A DNA stretch of 24,000 nucleotides from Actinomycetes bacterium. Its GTDB lineage: Bacteria > Actinomycetota > Acidimicrobiia > Acidimicrobiales > Acidimicrobiaceae. Under the pieces are notes generated by a model. The model saw only the letters and a program-made list of their open reading frames with translations. It made no database searches and was not told the DNA's origin. This document shows, one piece after another, positions 1 through 8,727 of this stretch. Both the position numbers and the translations under genes were made by a program. The stretch lies in NCBI GenBank assembly GCA_021841935.1, contig JAKCDL010000001.1, forward strand, positions 626 to 24,625. Direction: 5' to 3'. How positions within the stretch are numbered: the stretch's first letter is position 1; the number at the start of each line of letters is the position of its first letter.

Positions 1-180
1 TCCGGAGCCATTCAGCGCTTGATTGTTAGAAATTGTGTCATTGGTGGCGGTGAGGGTGCCTAAGTTGTTGATGCCGCCGCCGTTACCTTTCGTAGCTTGA
101 TTGTTCGTAATCGTGTCGTTCGTGGCGGTGAGCGTTCCGGAGTTGTTGATGCCACCTCCGGAGCCATATTGAATCGTCAT
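1..180 (-). repeat. Tandem 78-nt (26-codon) coding repeats that encode the beta-helix rungs
   Basis: The unit starting gcttgattgtt at 17 recurs at 95, a 78-nt period. tccggagcca at 1-10 recurs at about 157-166. At least 2.3 copies are visible and the array probably continues beyond the window. Confidence 0.75.
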
Positions 181-900
181 ACCGCTGATCGTTGCGGTAA
201 CACCAGCGTTGACTGCAAAGACTGAACCAGAAAGTGATTTTGCAGAGGTTCCACCTACGAAGGTTGAACTTGCTCCCGCTCCTTGGATAGTTAAATCTTT
301 GCTTGGGGATATCGTTCCGGAAGAAGAGGTATCATAAGTTCCTGCTGCAACATCGACTGTGTCACCGTTGTTTGCAACTGATATTGCATTGGCAATAGTT
401 AGGCACGGCTGTGTCTGTGAGCACGTGGTGTTATTCGAATCTGATCCAGTTGTTGAGACGTAGAGGATTGGGTTATTTGTTGGGGTAGCTTCAACTTCAT
501 TTGATGGCGATGATGTGTTACTTGATGCGTCTATGGCCTCAATTACGAAGTAGTAGTTACCAGAAGGATTTACGGTAGCAACATAATTGGTTGAAGTTAT
601 CGGAGTGCTGTTTATAGGCTTATTTAGATTCTCACCACTCTGAGTTGTTCCTTCATAGATGTTGTATCCGGTAACCGTTGGTGATGCAGATGGGTACCAA
701 CTGAGATCAATAGTTGTTGAATTTACAACGACTGGTGTTTGTTGTACTGGAGGAGTCAATGTGGTGGTCGTGGCTGATGCTGGGCTTTGAGTAAACACAA
801 ATAACGGCAGTGCACCAAAGCCTAGGATTGAGGATAGGAAGATAACAATTGATGTTGTGATACCTCTCCGATTGCGAGAAATGGACATCTTCCTTGACAT
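1..900 (-). CDS. Secreted or cell-surface protein, 5' part only (continues past the left edge): signal/anchor peptide, fibronectin type III-like domain, then right-handed parallel beta-helix (PbH1/Pmp-like) repeats
   Basis: Missing from the ORF track because it has no stop inside the window. My reverse-complement translation from the ATG at 900-898 is open for all 300 codons down to position 1. It begins MSRKMSISRNRRGITTSIVIFLSSILGFGALPLFVFTQSPASA (basic N-terminus, hydrophobic core, ASA cleavage-like site). An FN3-like segment follows (IDLSWYPSASPTVTGYNIYEG...NYYFVIEAIDASSNTSSPSNEV). Next comes a typical beta-helix start (ILYVSTTGSDSNNTTCSQTQPCLTIANAISVANNGDTVDVAAGTY). It ends in repeated GGGINNxGTLTATNDTIxNNQA units. 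A second in-frame ATG at 888 is an alternative start. Confidence 0.8.
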   Translation of the reverse strand, partial: MSRKMSISRNRRGITTSIVIFLSSILGFGALPLFVFTQSPASATTTTLTPPVQQTPVVVNSTTIDLSWYPSASPTVTGYNIYEGTTQSGENLNKPINSTPITSTNYVATVNPSGNYYFVIEAIDASSNTSSPSNEVEATPTNNPILYVSTTGSDSNNTTCSQTQPCLTIANAISVANNGDTVDVAAGTYDTSSSGTISPSKDLTIQGAGASSTFVGGTSAKSLSGSVFAVNAGVTATISGMTIQYGSGGGINNSGTLTATNDTITNNQATKGNGGGINNLGTLTATNDTISNNQALNGSG

Positions 901-1027
901 TTTTAGCGACACCTGTTCTTAATCCTGAATAAGTAAGTGAAAAACTAGGGATCTTATTTGACTTAGAGCAGATCCTTAGCCCAACCACCCTTGCCTTCGA
1001 TACTTCAAAAGAATATCACATGTAACT

Positions 1028-1227
1028 TTAGAGGTGATTGATTGGGGGGATTTCAAAAAAGTCGCCGTTGGGCAACGCTGGCATACACAGAGCACTAACT
1101 CTAATTACTTCTCCCGGCGAATTATCAATGAATTCCGCCCCAGCTATCCATATGGGTGTAGCTTTTGCTACACCTAAATATCTTCCTTTGATCTTCATAG
1201 CTACTAAATTGAAGATAGGAGAGTAAA
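1028..1227 (+). promoter_or_regulatory. Structured 5' leader of metH; candidate riboswitch or attenuator, class not assignable by eye
   Basis: Four helices in series. (1) TTAGAG 1028-1033 pairs with CTCTAA 1099-1104 and encloses about 65 nt. (2) GGCGAATT 1116-1123 pairs with AATTCCGCC 1131-1139 with one bulge. (3) GGTGTAGC 1155-1162 pairs with GCTACACC 1167-1174 around a TTTT loop and is followed by T-rich sequence. (4) ATCTTCA 1191-1197 pairs with TGAAGAT 1210-1216, directly abutting the SD AGGAGAG at 1217-1223. Confidence 0.3.
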
Positions 1228-4200
1228 ATGAGCCGTTATCTTGAAGAAATAAATAAGAGAGTGCTGGTCTTTGACGGCGCTACTGGAACCAACCTTCAGC
1301 TTCTGAATCTGGAGGCTTCAGACTTTGGTGGACCTCAGCTCGAAGGACTAAATGAGCATCTAGTCCTGTCCAAACCGCAAGTCATACGTGATCTCCATGC
1401 ATCGTTTTTCGAAGTTGGTTCTGATGTTGTTGAAACCAACACATTCGGTTCATTTCCAATTGTTCTGGCCGAGTACAACGTGGCAGAACTCACCTATGAC
1501 CTAAATGTAACTGCAGCGAGAATTGCGCGCGAGGTGGCCGACAGCTACTCATCGAAAACCAAACCACGTTTTGTAGCCGGTTCGATGGGACCGGGAACCA
1601 AGCTCCCTTCGCTTGGGCAGATCGACTTTGATACCCTTGAAGATGGTTACTACAAGCAAGCACTGGGGCTAATCGATGGTGGAGTTGATCTCTTCATAAT
1701 CGAGACGGTCTACGATATACTCGGCGCCAAAGCGGCGATTGTTGGAGCAAAAAGAGCGATGGAAGCGCGCAACAGTCACCTTCCAATCCAACTTCAAGTA
1801 ACAGTCGAGCTAACGGGCCGAATGTTGCCCGGAACCGAGATCGGTGCTGCTCTTGTATCCCTAAGGCCACTAGGTATCGACGTTATCGGGATGAATTGCG
1901 CAACTGGTCCCGAGGAGATGGGTGAACACTTGAGGTTCCTTACTCAAAACAGTTCGATACCAGTTTCCGCTCAACCAAATGCTGGCTTGCCATCGGTCGT
2001 AGATGGAAAGATGCACTATGACCTTCTCCCTGATCAACTCGCATCGCATCAACACCGCTTTGTAAAAGAGCTCGGCGTCGGTATCGTCGGCGGGTGCTGC
2101 GGGACGACTCCGGAACACTTAGAAGCCGTAGTTGAGGCGACCAAATCTCTCCAGGTATCAAGGCGTATTTTTGATCTTTCACCTTCACTTTCGTCACTTT
2201 ACTCCTACACAACCATCGAGCAAGAGCTCTCCTACTTTTCGATAGGTGAGAGGACGAATGCAAATGGATCAAAGCGTTTCCGAGAGGCGATGCTTCAGGG
2301 GGACTTTGATACATGCGTAGAGATGGCAAAAGATCAGGTGAAGGAGGGAGCCGATTCGATCGACCTTTGCGTCGATTACACCGGAGCAGACGGCGTATCC
2401 GATATGCGCGAACTAGCAAGTCGCCTGGCATCAGCCTCGACACTTCCCATCGTCTTGGACTCAACCGAGGCTAATGTGATTGAAACCGGTCTCAAGTTCA
2501 TTGGAGGCCGAGCACTTCTAAACTCAATCAACCTTGAAGACGGCTTTGAAGAAGGGACGAGGTTCGACCGCTTTTGCCTTCTGGCTAAGAAATTTGGCGC
2601 TGCAGTAATCGCTACATGCATCGACGAAGAGGGTCAAGCACGTACAGCAGAATGGAAGGTTCGAGCTGCTCGAAGAATAAGTGAGATCGCTCAAGAAAAC
2701 TACGGGCTCCATCCGAACGACATTATCTTTGACCCATTGGTCCTTCCAATTACCACCGGAATGGAAGAGTCGCGTCGCGATGGAATCGAGACCATCGAAG
2801 GCATAAAGAGGATTAAGGCCGAACTACCTGGATCATTTACCGTTGTTGGTCTATCAAATGTTTCATTTGGGTTGAAGCCCGCGGCTCGTACCGTTCTGAA
2901 CAGTGTCTTTCTATCGGAGTGCGTAAAAGCAGGCTTAGATGCTGCGATCGTTCATCCGTCCAAAATCATTCCTCTGGCAAAGATACCAAAGGAACAAGTA
3001 GAGGTCTGTCTCGACCTAATCTACGACCGTAGAACTGATGAATATGACCCATTAGCTGCGCTAATTGACATATTCGAAGGGGTTACCGATGCCAAAGCGG
3101 AAAAGGAAGATCTCTCACTTCTACCCGTTGGTGATCGCCTCGCTCGTCGAATCATTGACGGAGACAAAAATAACATCATCGCCGATCTCGAAGAGGCACT
3201 TGGCGATGGCTATAGCGCTCTCGATCTCATCAACAACCACCTCCTTGAGGGTATGAAGACCGTAGGGGAACTCTTTGGCTCAGGTCAGATGCAGCTACCC
3301 TTCGTGCTCTCTTCAGCAGAGACGATGAAGAGGGCCATTGCCCACTTGGAACCGCACATGGAAAAGGGATCGTCGTCTACTAAAGGGCGCATCGTTCTCG
3401 CCACAGTCAAAGGTGACGTACACGATATCGGAAAGAACCTGGTCGATATCATCTTCACCAATAATGGTTACGAAGTCCACAACCTTGGAATCAAAGTATC
3501 AATCAGTGAAATGATCGCCAAAGCACTCGAAGTAGAGGCAGATGCAATCGGAATGAGCGGCCTCTTAGTTAAGTCGACCCTAATTATGCGAGAAAACCTT
3601 GAGGAACTCAATAGTCGAGGACTAGATGAGATTCCGATCATCCTTGGCGGAGCGGCCCTAACGAGAAGCTATGTCGAACAAGATCTACGCAAAGTTTACA
3701 AAGGTCGAGTCTTCTACGGCAAGGACGCATTCGAAGGTCTAGAAGTAATGGACCGCCTTGGCGCAATTAGACGCGGAGAGATTGAGGACGACGAGTTCGG
3801 TCGCAAAGAGCCTGAGAAAAAGAGGGGCGCGAGGCGATCCGAAGAGCTGGCGCTACTCGAAGAGGCGCCAGCTGTAAGGTCCTCTTTTGTCGAAACCGAC
3901 AACCCCATCTTTGAACCTCCATTTCTTGGTAGTCGGATCGCCAAAGGGCTATCCATCGACGAAATTGCTGGGTTTATCAATGAGACCGCCCTATTTAGAA
4001 ATCAATGGGGCTTTAGGCCTGAGAAGGGTGAGGGGGATCCCGACTTCAGAGTTCGAATTAGATCGATCTTCCGTGAAGAGCTAGATAAGGCAAAGGCCGA
4101 GGGCTACTTATTGCCACAGGTCGCATACGGCTACTACGTAGCGGCATCGGAGGGGAATAAGCTACACATCTTCAGTGACACAAATAAGAGTGATCTTTTG

Positions 4201-4692
4201 ACCACCTTTGACTTTCCACGACAAAAGGTCGAGCCATATCTATGCATTTCAGACTTCTTTAGAGACGTAGACTCGAATGAGGTCGACTACATCGCGATGC
4301 ACGCAGTGACGATGGGACAAGCTGTCAGTGAATTTGCTCAGACTCTCTTTAATGAGAACCGCTACAACGAATACCTTCGCCTCCATGGTCTTGGTGTAGA
4401 GATGACGGAAGCACTTGCCGAGATGTGGCACCTTAGAATTCGTGAGGAGTTTGGCTTCGCCGATGAAGATGACTCGTCAGTACTTGGACTATTTAGGCAA
4501 AAGTACAGGGGCGGAAGATACTCATTCGGCTATCCAGCATGCCCAAATCTCGAAGATAACCAAAAGCTCGCCGACATCTTAGATACAGAGAGAATCGGCG
4601 TAAGCGTGTCGGAGGGATTCCAACTCCACCCCGAGCAGTCGACTACGGCTATCATCTGCCACCACCCAAAGGCAAAGTACTTCGTTGCTTAG
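1228..4692 (+). CDS. metH: Cobalamin-dependent methionine synthase (5-methyltetrahydrofolate-homocysteine methyltransferase)
   Basis: 1154 aa with all four modules. The Hcy-binding domain carries Zn-ligand Cys motifs (MNCATGP, GGCCGTTPEH). A pterin-binding region follows. The B12-binding domain has DxHxxG (DVHDIGKN). The C-terminal AdoMet activation domain includes RYSFGYPACP. A strong SD (AGGAGAG) lies 4 nt upstream of the ATG. Confidence 0.97.
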   Translation: MSRYLEEINKRVLVFDGATGTNLQLLNLEASDFGGPQLEGLNEHLVLSKPQVIRDLHASFFEVGSDVVETNTFGSFPIVLAEYNVAELTYDLNVTAARIAREVADSYSSKTKPRFVAGSMGPGTKLPSLGQIDFDTLEDGYYKQALGLIDGGVDLFIIETVYDILGAKAAIVGAKRAMEARNSHLPIQLQVTVELTGRMLPGTEIGAALVSLRPLGIDVIGMNCATGPEEMGEHLRFLTQNSSIPVSAQPNAGLPSVVDGKMHYDLLPDQLASHQHRFVKELGVGIVGGCCGTTPEHLEAVVEATKSLQVSRRIFDLSPSLSSLYSYTTIEQELSYFSIGERTNANGSKRFREAMLQGDFDTCVEMAKDQVKEGADSIDLCVDYTGADGVSDMRELASRLASASTLPIVLDSTEANVIETGLKFIGGRALLNSINLEDGFEEGTRFDRFCLLAKKFGAAVIATCIDEEGQARTAEWKVRAARRISEIAQENYGLHPNDIIFDPLVLPITTGMEESRRDGIETIEGIKRIKAELPGSFTVVGLSNVSFGLKPAARTVLNSVFLSECVKAGLDAAIVHPSKIIPLAKIPKEQVEVCLDLIYDRRTDEYDPLAALIDIFEGVTDAKAEKEDLSLLPVGDRLARRIIDGDKNNIIADLEEALGDGYSALDLINNHLLEGMKTVGELFGSGQMQLPFVLSSAETMKRAIAHLEPHMEKGSSSTKGRIVLATVKGDVHDIGKNLVDIIFTNNGYEVHNLGIKVSISEMIAKALEVEADAIGMSGLLVKSTLIMRENLEELNSRGLDEIPIILGGAALTRSYVEQDLRKVYKGRVFYGKDAFEGLEVMDRLGAIRRGEIEDDEFGRKEPEKKRGARRSEELALLEEAPAVRSSFVETDNPIFEPPFLGSRIAKGLSIDEIAGFINETALFRNQWGFRPEKGEGDPDFRVRIRSIFREELDKAKAEGYLLPQVAYGYYVAASEGNKLHIFSDTNKSDLLTTFDFPRQKVEPYLCISDFFRDVDSNEVDYIAMHAVTMGQAVSEFAQTLFNENRYNEYLRLHGLGVEMTEALAEMWHLRIREEFGFADEDDSSVLGLFRQKYRGGRYSFGYPACPNLEDNQKLADILDTERIGVSVSEGFQLHPEQSTTAIICHHPKAKYFVA

Positions 4693-4700
4693 GCTACAAT

Positions 4701-4732
4701 CCAAGTTGGGGCTCTTACGAACTCCAACTTGG
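4701..4732. terminator. Stem-loop between convergent metH and prk; likely intrinsic terminator, better suited to metH
   Basis: CCAAGTTGG at 4701-4709 pairs with CCAACTTGG at 4724-4732, extendable by G-C and G-T to about 11 bp with a 10-nt loop. On the plus strand it is followed by tcttcaaatttc. Confidence 0.55.
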
Positions 4733-4752
4733 TCTTCAAATTTCGGCCTACT

Positions 4753-5697
4753 CTAAGCCTTAGAGGCCTGTATCAAATGGTACAGGAGATATAACTGAGC
4801 GATAGCTAAGGGCTCACTTCTCTTATCGTCGCTTATACGCCCTAGTGAAGAGGGAAGTGGTTGGTCTATGCCAAGTTTTTCCCATATTGCCTCCTTTATC
4901 TCATTCGCCAACGAGGCTGGAGCATGTCCATGAATATGCAGTACATCGACGGGCTTATTGTCGTCGTCTCGCATCAGCTTCATGTGTATAGCTTCGCGCG
5001 TATCCGTTGAGAGTAGGTCAGATATAGCAGGATGGTCAATCGTGGGTCGAAGAAGTATGGAGACTGACAGCGGGAGATTATCGTCTTCATTTGGATGTGC
5101 CTTGCCAAAGCTCATTACGATATCAGCATTTGCCCTCTGTGGCCTGATGTAGGCACTTGACTCGGGCTCACGCTTCTCCAGGTCAGCAAGTACCTGTTCC
5201 TTAGTGTAACCGCGCTGAGCTACATCCCTTTGGACCTTCCACTTACGTCGTATCTCCTCTGGGGGATCTAAAAATACCGTCACGTCAAAACACGCTCTTG
5301 AAAGCTTGGACCAGAGTGGGAATAGCCCTTCCACCACGACAAAATCTTTTGGTTCGAATAGTACTGGGCGCTCTAAGGTGCCGTGGTGATGGTTGTAGAT
5401 CGGCTTCAATATCGGCTGACCAGTCGCTAGTAGCTGCAGATGCTGCTCCATGATGTTGAGATAGTTACAGTCAGGATGAAGCGGAGTAAAGGGCAGAGTC
5501 TTTCTCTCTTCGCGATCGTAACGATGGTAGTCATCGGTACAAAAGGAAGAAATGTTGTCACTTCCGAGCGCTTGAACCAACCCCTTGGTCAAAGTAGTCT
5601 TACCAACGGCTGAATCGCCCGCAATCGCAAGCATTGGGACATGTCTACGAGCACTATTGCGAGAGGCTCTCTCAATCATTGCGATACGATGCGGCAC
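4753..5697 (-). CDS. prk: Phosphoribulokinase (PRK/uridine kinase family; resembles the cyanobacterial/plant/archaeal class more than the proteobacterial class)
   Basis: P-loop IAGDSAVGKTT, then DDYHRYDR and KPIYNHHHG motifs and EGLFPL. It sits last in the rpe-tkt-glpX-prk block. The GTG start at 5697 has SD AAGGAG 6 nt upstream. Confidence 0.85.
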   Translation of the reverse strand: MPHRIAMIERASRNSARRHVPMLAIAGDSAVGKTTLTKGLVQALGSDNISSFCTDDYHRYDREERKTLPFTPLHPDCNYLNIMEQHLQLLATGQPILKPIYNHHHGTLERPVLFEPKDFVVVEGLFPLWSKLSRACFDVTVFLDPPEEIRRKWKVQRDVAQRGYTKEQVLADLEKREPESSAYIRPQRANADIVMSFGKAHPNEDDNLPLSVSILLRPTIDHPAISDLLSTDTREAIHMKLMRDDDNKPVDVLHIHGHAPASLANEIKEAIWEKLGIDQPLPSSLGRISDDKRSEPLAIAQLYLLYHLIQASKA

Positions 5698-5800
5698 CTA
5701 AAACTCCTTTTCCAATTACCATTCAATTTCGGATTAGTGACGCAACTCTCACCCAAAAGGGTGAATTCATTGCAACATCAAAGAGGAGCCGCAAAAAGGC

Positions 5801-6715
5801 TCACCGATTGGTAAAGACCTCGATCTTGCTCTTTGAGATCACTGAACTGGTTATCAACAGATCTCCGCCATCGTAGTGTGGTTCGGCCATCGACGCGGTG
5901 CCGGTAACAGATGCAATGACCACGACGCTATCGGCGGCGCAAAGGTCATTACCGGAGAAGGTAACATCAAGAGCAGAAGAGTCGCGCTTAGCTATCGACC
6001 TTCGCTCCACATCGCTTTGCGGCTCTAGGCGACCTTGAAAGTGTCCATCGAGGCAGTTTGCTAACGCAGCCATTATCACGCCCTCTGGGGCACCTCCAAC
6101 GCCGAGTAAAAGGTCGTATCTTCGAGTCAGTACCTCATATGCCGCGACTACGTCACCATCTGGTACTTCAACGACTCTTGCACCCAAGGCGCGCACTGAA
6201 TTTATCAATTCTCGGTTACGGGGCTTTTCGAGAATTGCGACTGTAACATCCCGCAATTGTTTGTGGCTATGATCCGCAACTTTAAAGACTAATTCTTCAG
6301 GGGCATCAAGTAGCGAGATTGAACCACTAGCAGACTTAGGAGCTACAACTTTATTCATGTAATAGCCCGGAAGACTCTGGATGCTTCCGCGCTCGGAACA
6401 AACTATTACACTTATCGCGCCGGGCTGTCCCTTGGCGACATAGTTAGTTCCCTCTAGTGGATCTACCGCAATGTCAAAAGATAGAGATCCTTTTCCTAAC
6501 ACTTCTCCTACAGAGAGCATTGGAGCCTGATCTTTTTCACCCTCTCCCACTACGACTTCAAAGCCAAATGAAGACGAGTCAAGCACCGTTCTCATGGCCT
6601 CAACAGCTAGCTGATCCGCCCCTTTCCGATCTCCACGTCCGCGCATAGAAAAACTCGAACGAGCGGCAGCTACCGCCGCATCGTTCAACGTTTCGATTAG
6701 TTCGGGGCTAAACAC
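5801..6715 (-). CDS. glpX: Class II fructose-1,6-bisphosphatase / sedoheptulose-1,7-bisphosphatase (GlpX type)
   Basis: The N-terminus aligns by eye with GlpX (RGRGDRKGADQLAVEAMR..VVVGEGEKDQAPML). The DIAVDPLEGT metal-binding motif is present. GTG start lies 9 nt after the tkt stop. CBB context. Confidence 0.9.
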   Translation of the reverse strand: MFSPELIETLNDAAVAAARSSFSMRGRGDRKGADQLAVEAMRTVLDSSSFGFEVVVGEGEKDQAPMLSVGEVLGKGSLSFDIAVDPLEGTNYVAKGQPGAISVIVCSERGSIQSLPGYYMNKVVAPKSASGSISLLDAPEELVFKVADHSHKQLRDVTVAILEKPRNRELINSVRALGARVVEVPDGDVVAAYEVLTRRYDLLLGVGGAPEGVIMAALANCLDGHFQGRLEPQSDVERRSIAKRDSSALDVTFSGNDLCAADSVVVIASVTGTASMAEPHYDGGDLLITSSVISKSKIEVFTNR

Positions 6716-6724
6716 TTACAAAAA

Positions 6725-8695
6725 TCAAGCTTTACCTAAAGCTCTTCGCGCTCGATTAGCGATATTCTCGCTACTAAATCCAAAGTGGGCCTGTACATCT
6801 GGACCTTTACCGGAGGCACCAAAACTTCTCATCGCGATGATGTTTTCATCTGAAGCTACTGCCTCCCACCCACTTGGAACACCCGCTTCAACGACCATCG
6901 TGGTAGCGCCATTGGTGAGCTCGTCGAGCTTCGAGCGATATCGATCCAAGAATCTTTCACGCCAAAGAACCGATATCACCTTTACCGAAATTCCATCGGC
7001 CTCCAAAGCCTTGGCCGCATCTACGCACATCGCAACTTCAGATCCAGTTGAAAAGATCACCAAATCAGCACTATCTCCGCCGTAAACAGTGTGACAACCA
7101 TCGCTATTTACCCAACTCGTGCCGTCCTTAGGAGTAATAAGCGGCAGATTTTGCCTTGAAAAGATTAGGGCAGAAGGAAAGTTTCGCTCAGCTAAGGCAA
7201 CGGACCATGCCGCTGCGACCTCGTTGGCATCGGCAGGCCTCATCACTCTGACGTTAGGCATAACACGTAGCGCAGCTAAGTGCTCAATTGGTTGATGGGT
7301 TGGACCATCTTCCCCAACTGCAATCGAGTCGTGAGTAAAGACATAATTTACGCCCAAGTTCATAATGGCAGAGAGTCGAACTGCCGGACGTACGTAATCA
7401 GAGAAGACGAGGAAGGTCGAACCATAAACCTTGAATCCGCCGTGGAGAGCCATTCCATTCAAACACGCCCCCATAGCATGCTCACGAATTCCAAAGTTGA
7501 TCTCACGCCCTAGATAGTCAGCTGGATCAACAAAGTTGAAGCCCAGGTTGGTGCCTGTCGACTCAGCTAGGTCAGCAGAACCTCCAACGATCTCTGGATG
7601 CAATAGTGATAGTTGCTTCAATGTCTCCTTAGACGAAACCCTACTTGCAATCGCCTTTGTAGGATCAAAGTCCGTGATCGACTCGTAGTACTCTTCGGCG
7701 GAGATTGGAGCTGGATCCACTAGCGCTTTGATGGAGTCGGCAAGTGCGTCATAGCTCTCTTGCCAACGCGCGGCAGCTACTTCGCCCGCTTCGACTGAAC
7801 TCTTGCAAGCCTGGTAGATCTCCTGCGGAATCTCAAATGGAGGATTACTCCATCCATAGAAGTCTCGCGCAGCACTAGCCTCTGCTGCTCCTAAGGGAGA
7901 ACCATGGACTGATGACTTGCCAGCCTTATTAGGTGCACCATAACCAATAACGCTCTTATATTCAATGATCGTTGGGGCATTCGTGAAAGATTTTGCCTTC
8001 GCAAATGCACGCTCAATCTCGTCCAAATCCTCATGATCTTCCACGATTAGATAGTTCCAACCGTATCCTTCGAATCGCTTTTTGACGTCATCGGTGCATG
8101 AGAGGTGAGCGTCACCCGTAATTGTGATGTTATTGGAGTCAAAGAGGACTACAAGCTTATGGAGCTTTAGGTGGCCAGCGAGAGATGCGGCCTCGTGACT
8201 TATGCCTTCCATTAAGTCGCCATCTGATGCGAAGACAAAGGTATGGTGGTCGATGAGGCCATCTGCACCAGCTTGATTTACTCTAGCTGCCATCATGGCC
8301 TCGGCAAGTGCCATTCCTACCGCCGTGGAAATGCCTTGTCCCAACGGCCCTGTCGTCATCTCAACACCAGTCGTATGACCAAATTCAGGGTGTCCTGGGG
8401 TCTTTGAGCCAAGCTGTCTAAAGTGCTTCAACTCATCGATCTCAAGGCCATATCCATAAAGATGCAGTAGCGAATAGATGAGGGCAGATCCGTGACCCGC
8501 CGAGAGAATGAAGCGATCACGGTTGATCCAGTGCGGCTTAGACGGAGCATGGCGCATTACCTTCGAAAAGAGAACGTATGCGGCAGGCGCCAAACCCATT
8601 GGCAATCCAGGATGGCCCGCATTTGCTGCCTCAACTTGATCGATAGAAAGAACTCTTATGGCGCTAACTACTTGGCTGTCGATACTCTGACTCAT
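6725..8695 (-). CDS. tkt: Transketolase
   Basis: Motifs GHPGLPMG, SDGDLMEGISHEA (TPP binding) and THDSIAVGEDGPTHQPIEHLA. The ORF track begins at GTG 8719. I prefer ATG 8695 (MSQSIDSQ...) because GAAGGGA lies 8 nt upstream and the N-terminus then matches typical Tkt length. Confidence 0.95.
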   Translation of the reverse strand: MSQSIDSQVVSAIRVLSIDQVEAANAGHPGLPMGLAPAAYVLFSKVMRHAPSKPHWINRDRFILSAGHGSALIYSLLHLYGYGLEIDELKHFRQLGSKTPGHPEFGHTTGVEMTTGPLGQGISTAVGMALAEAMMAARVNQAGADGLIDHHTFVFASDGDLMEGISHEAASLAGHLKLHKLVVLFDSNNITITGDAHLSCTDDVKKRFEGYGWNYLIVEDHEDLDEIERAFAKAKSFTNAPTIIEYKSVIGYGAPNKAGKSSVHGSPLGAAEASAARDFYGWSNPPFEIPQEIYQACKSSVEAGEVAAARWQESYDALADSIKALVDPAPISAEEYYESITDFDPTKAIASRVSSKETLKQLSLLHPEIVGGSADLAESTGTNLGFNFVDPADYLGREINFGIREHAMGACLNGMALHGGFKVYGSTFLVFSDYVRPAVRLSAIMNLGVNYVFTHDSIAVGEDGPTHQPIEHLAALRVMPNVRVMRPADANEVAAAWSVALAERNFPSALIFSRQNLPLITPKDGTSWVNSDGCHTVYGGDSADLVIFSTGSEVAMCVDAAKALEADGISVKVISVLWRERFLDRYRSKLDELTNGATTMVVEAGVPSGWEAVASDENIIAMRSFGASGKGPDVQAHFGFSSENIANRARRALGKA

Positions 8696-8727
8696 TAAAA
8701 ATGTCCCTTCAATGACCACTGATAAAA

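Noticed and set aside
707-988. 93-aa minus-strand ORF from the track
   Set aside because: It is out of frame with, and almost wholly overlapped by, the well-supported secreted FN3/beta-helix CDS (1-900). Its sequence has no recognisable domain features. It looks like an overlap artefact.
1061-1082. CAACGGCG-like word reminiscent of the SAH riboswitch core
   Set aside because: The match is only on the minus strand, which is the wrong strand for the metH leader. The other conserved SAH-riboswitch segments are not present.
1155-1174. GGTGTAG...CTACAC hairpin arms shared with 9505-9538; possible dispersed repeat element
   Set aside because: Only 6-8 nt are shared, the loops differ completely (4 versus 21 nt), and there are just two copies. 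Chance is the simplest explanation.
1038-1226. 62-aa plus-strand ORF that ends 1 nt before the metH ATG (possible leader peptide)
   Set aside because: It has a TTG start and no visible Shine-Dalgarno. It spans the hairpin-rich leader, which is better explained as RNA structure. Nothing suggests a Met-rich or otherwise regulatory peptide.
1870-2712. Minus-strand ORFs (62-174 aa) antisense to metH
   Set aside because: They are entirely nested in a high-confidence CDS and their translations are Arg/Ser-rich shadow frames. Similar antisense ORFs inside tkt, copA, lipB-lipA and rnhB were rejected for the same reason.
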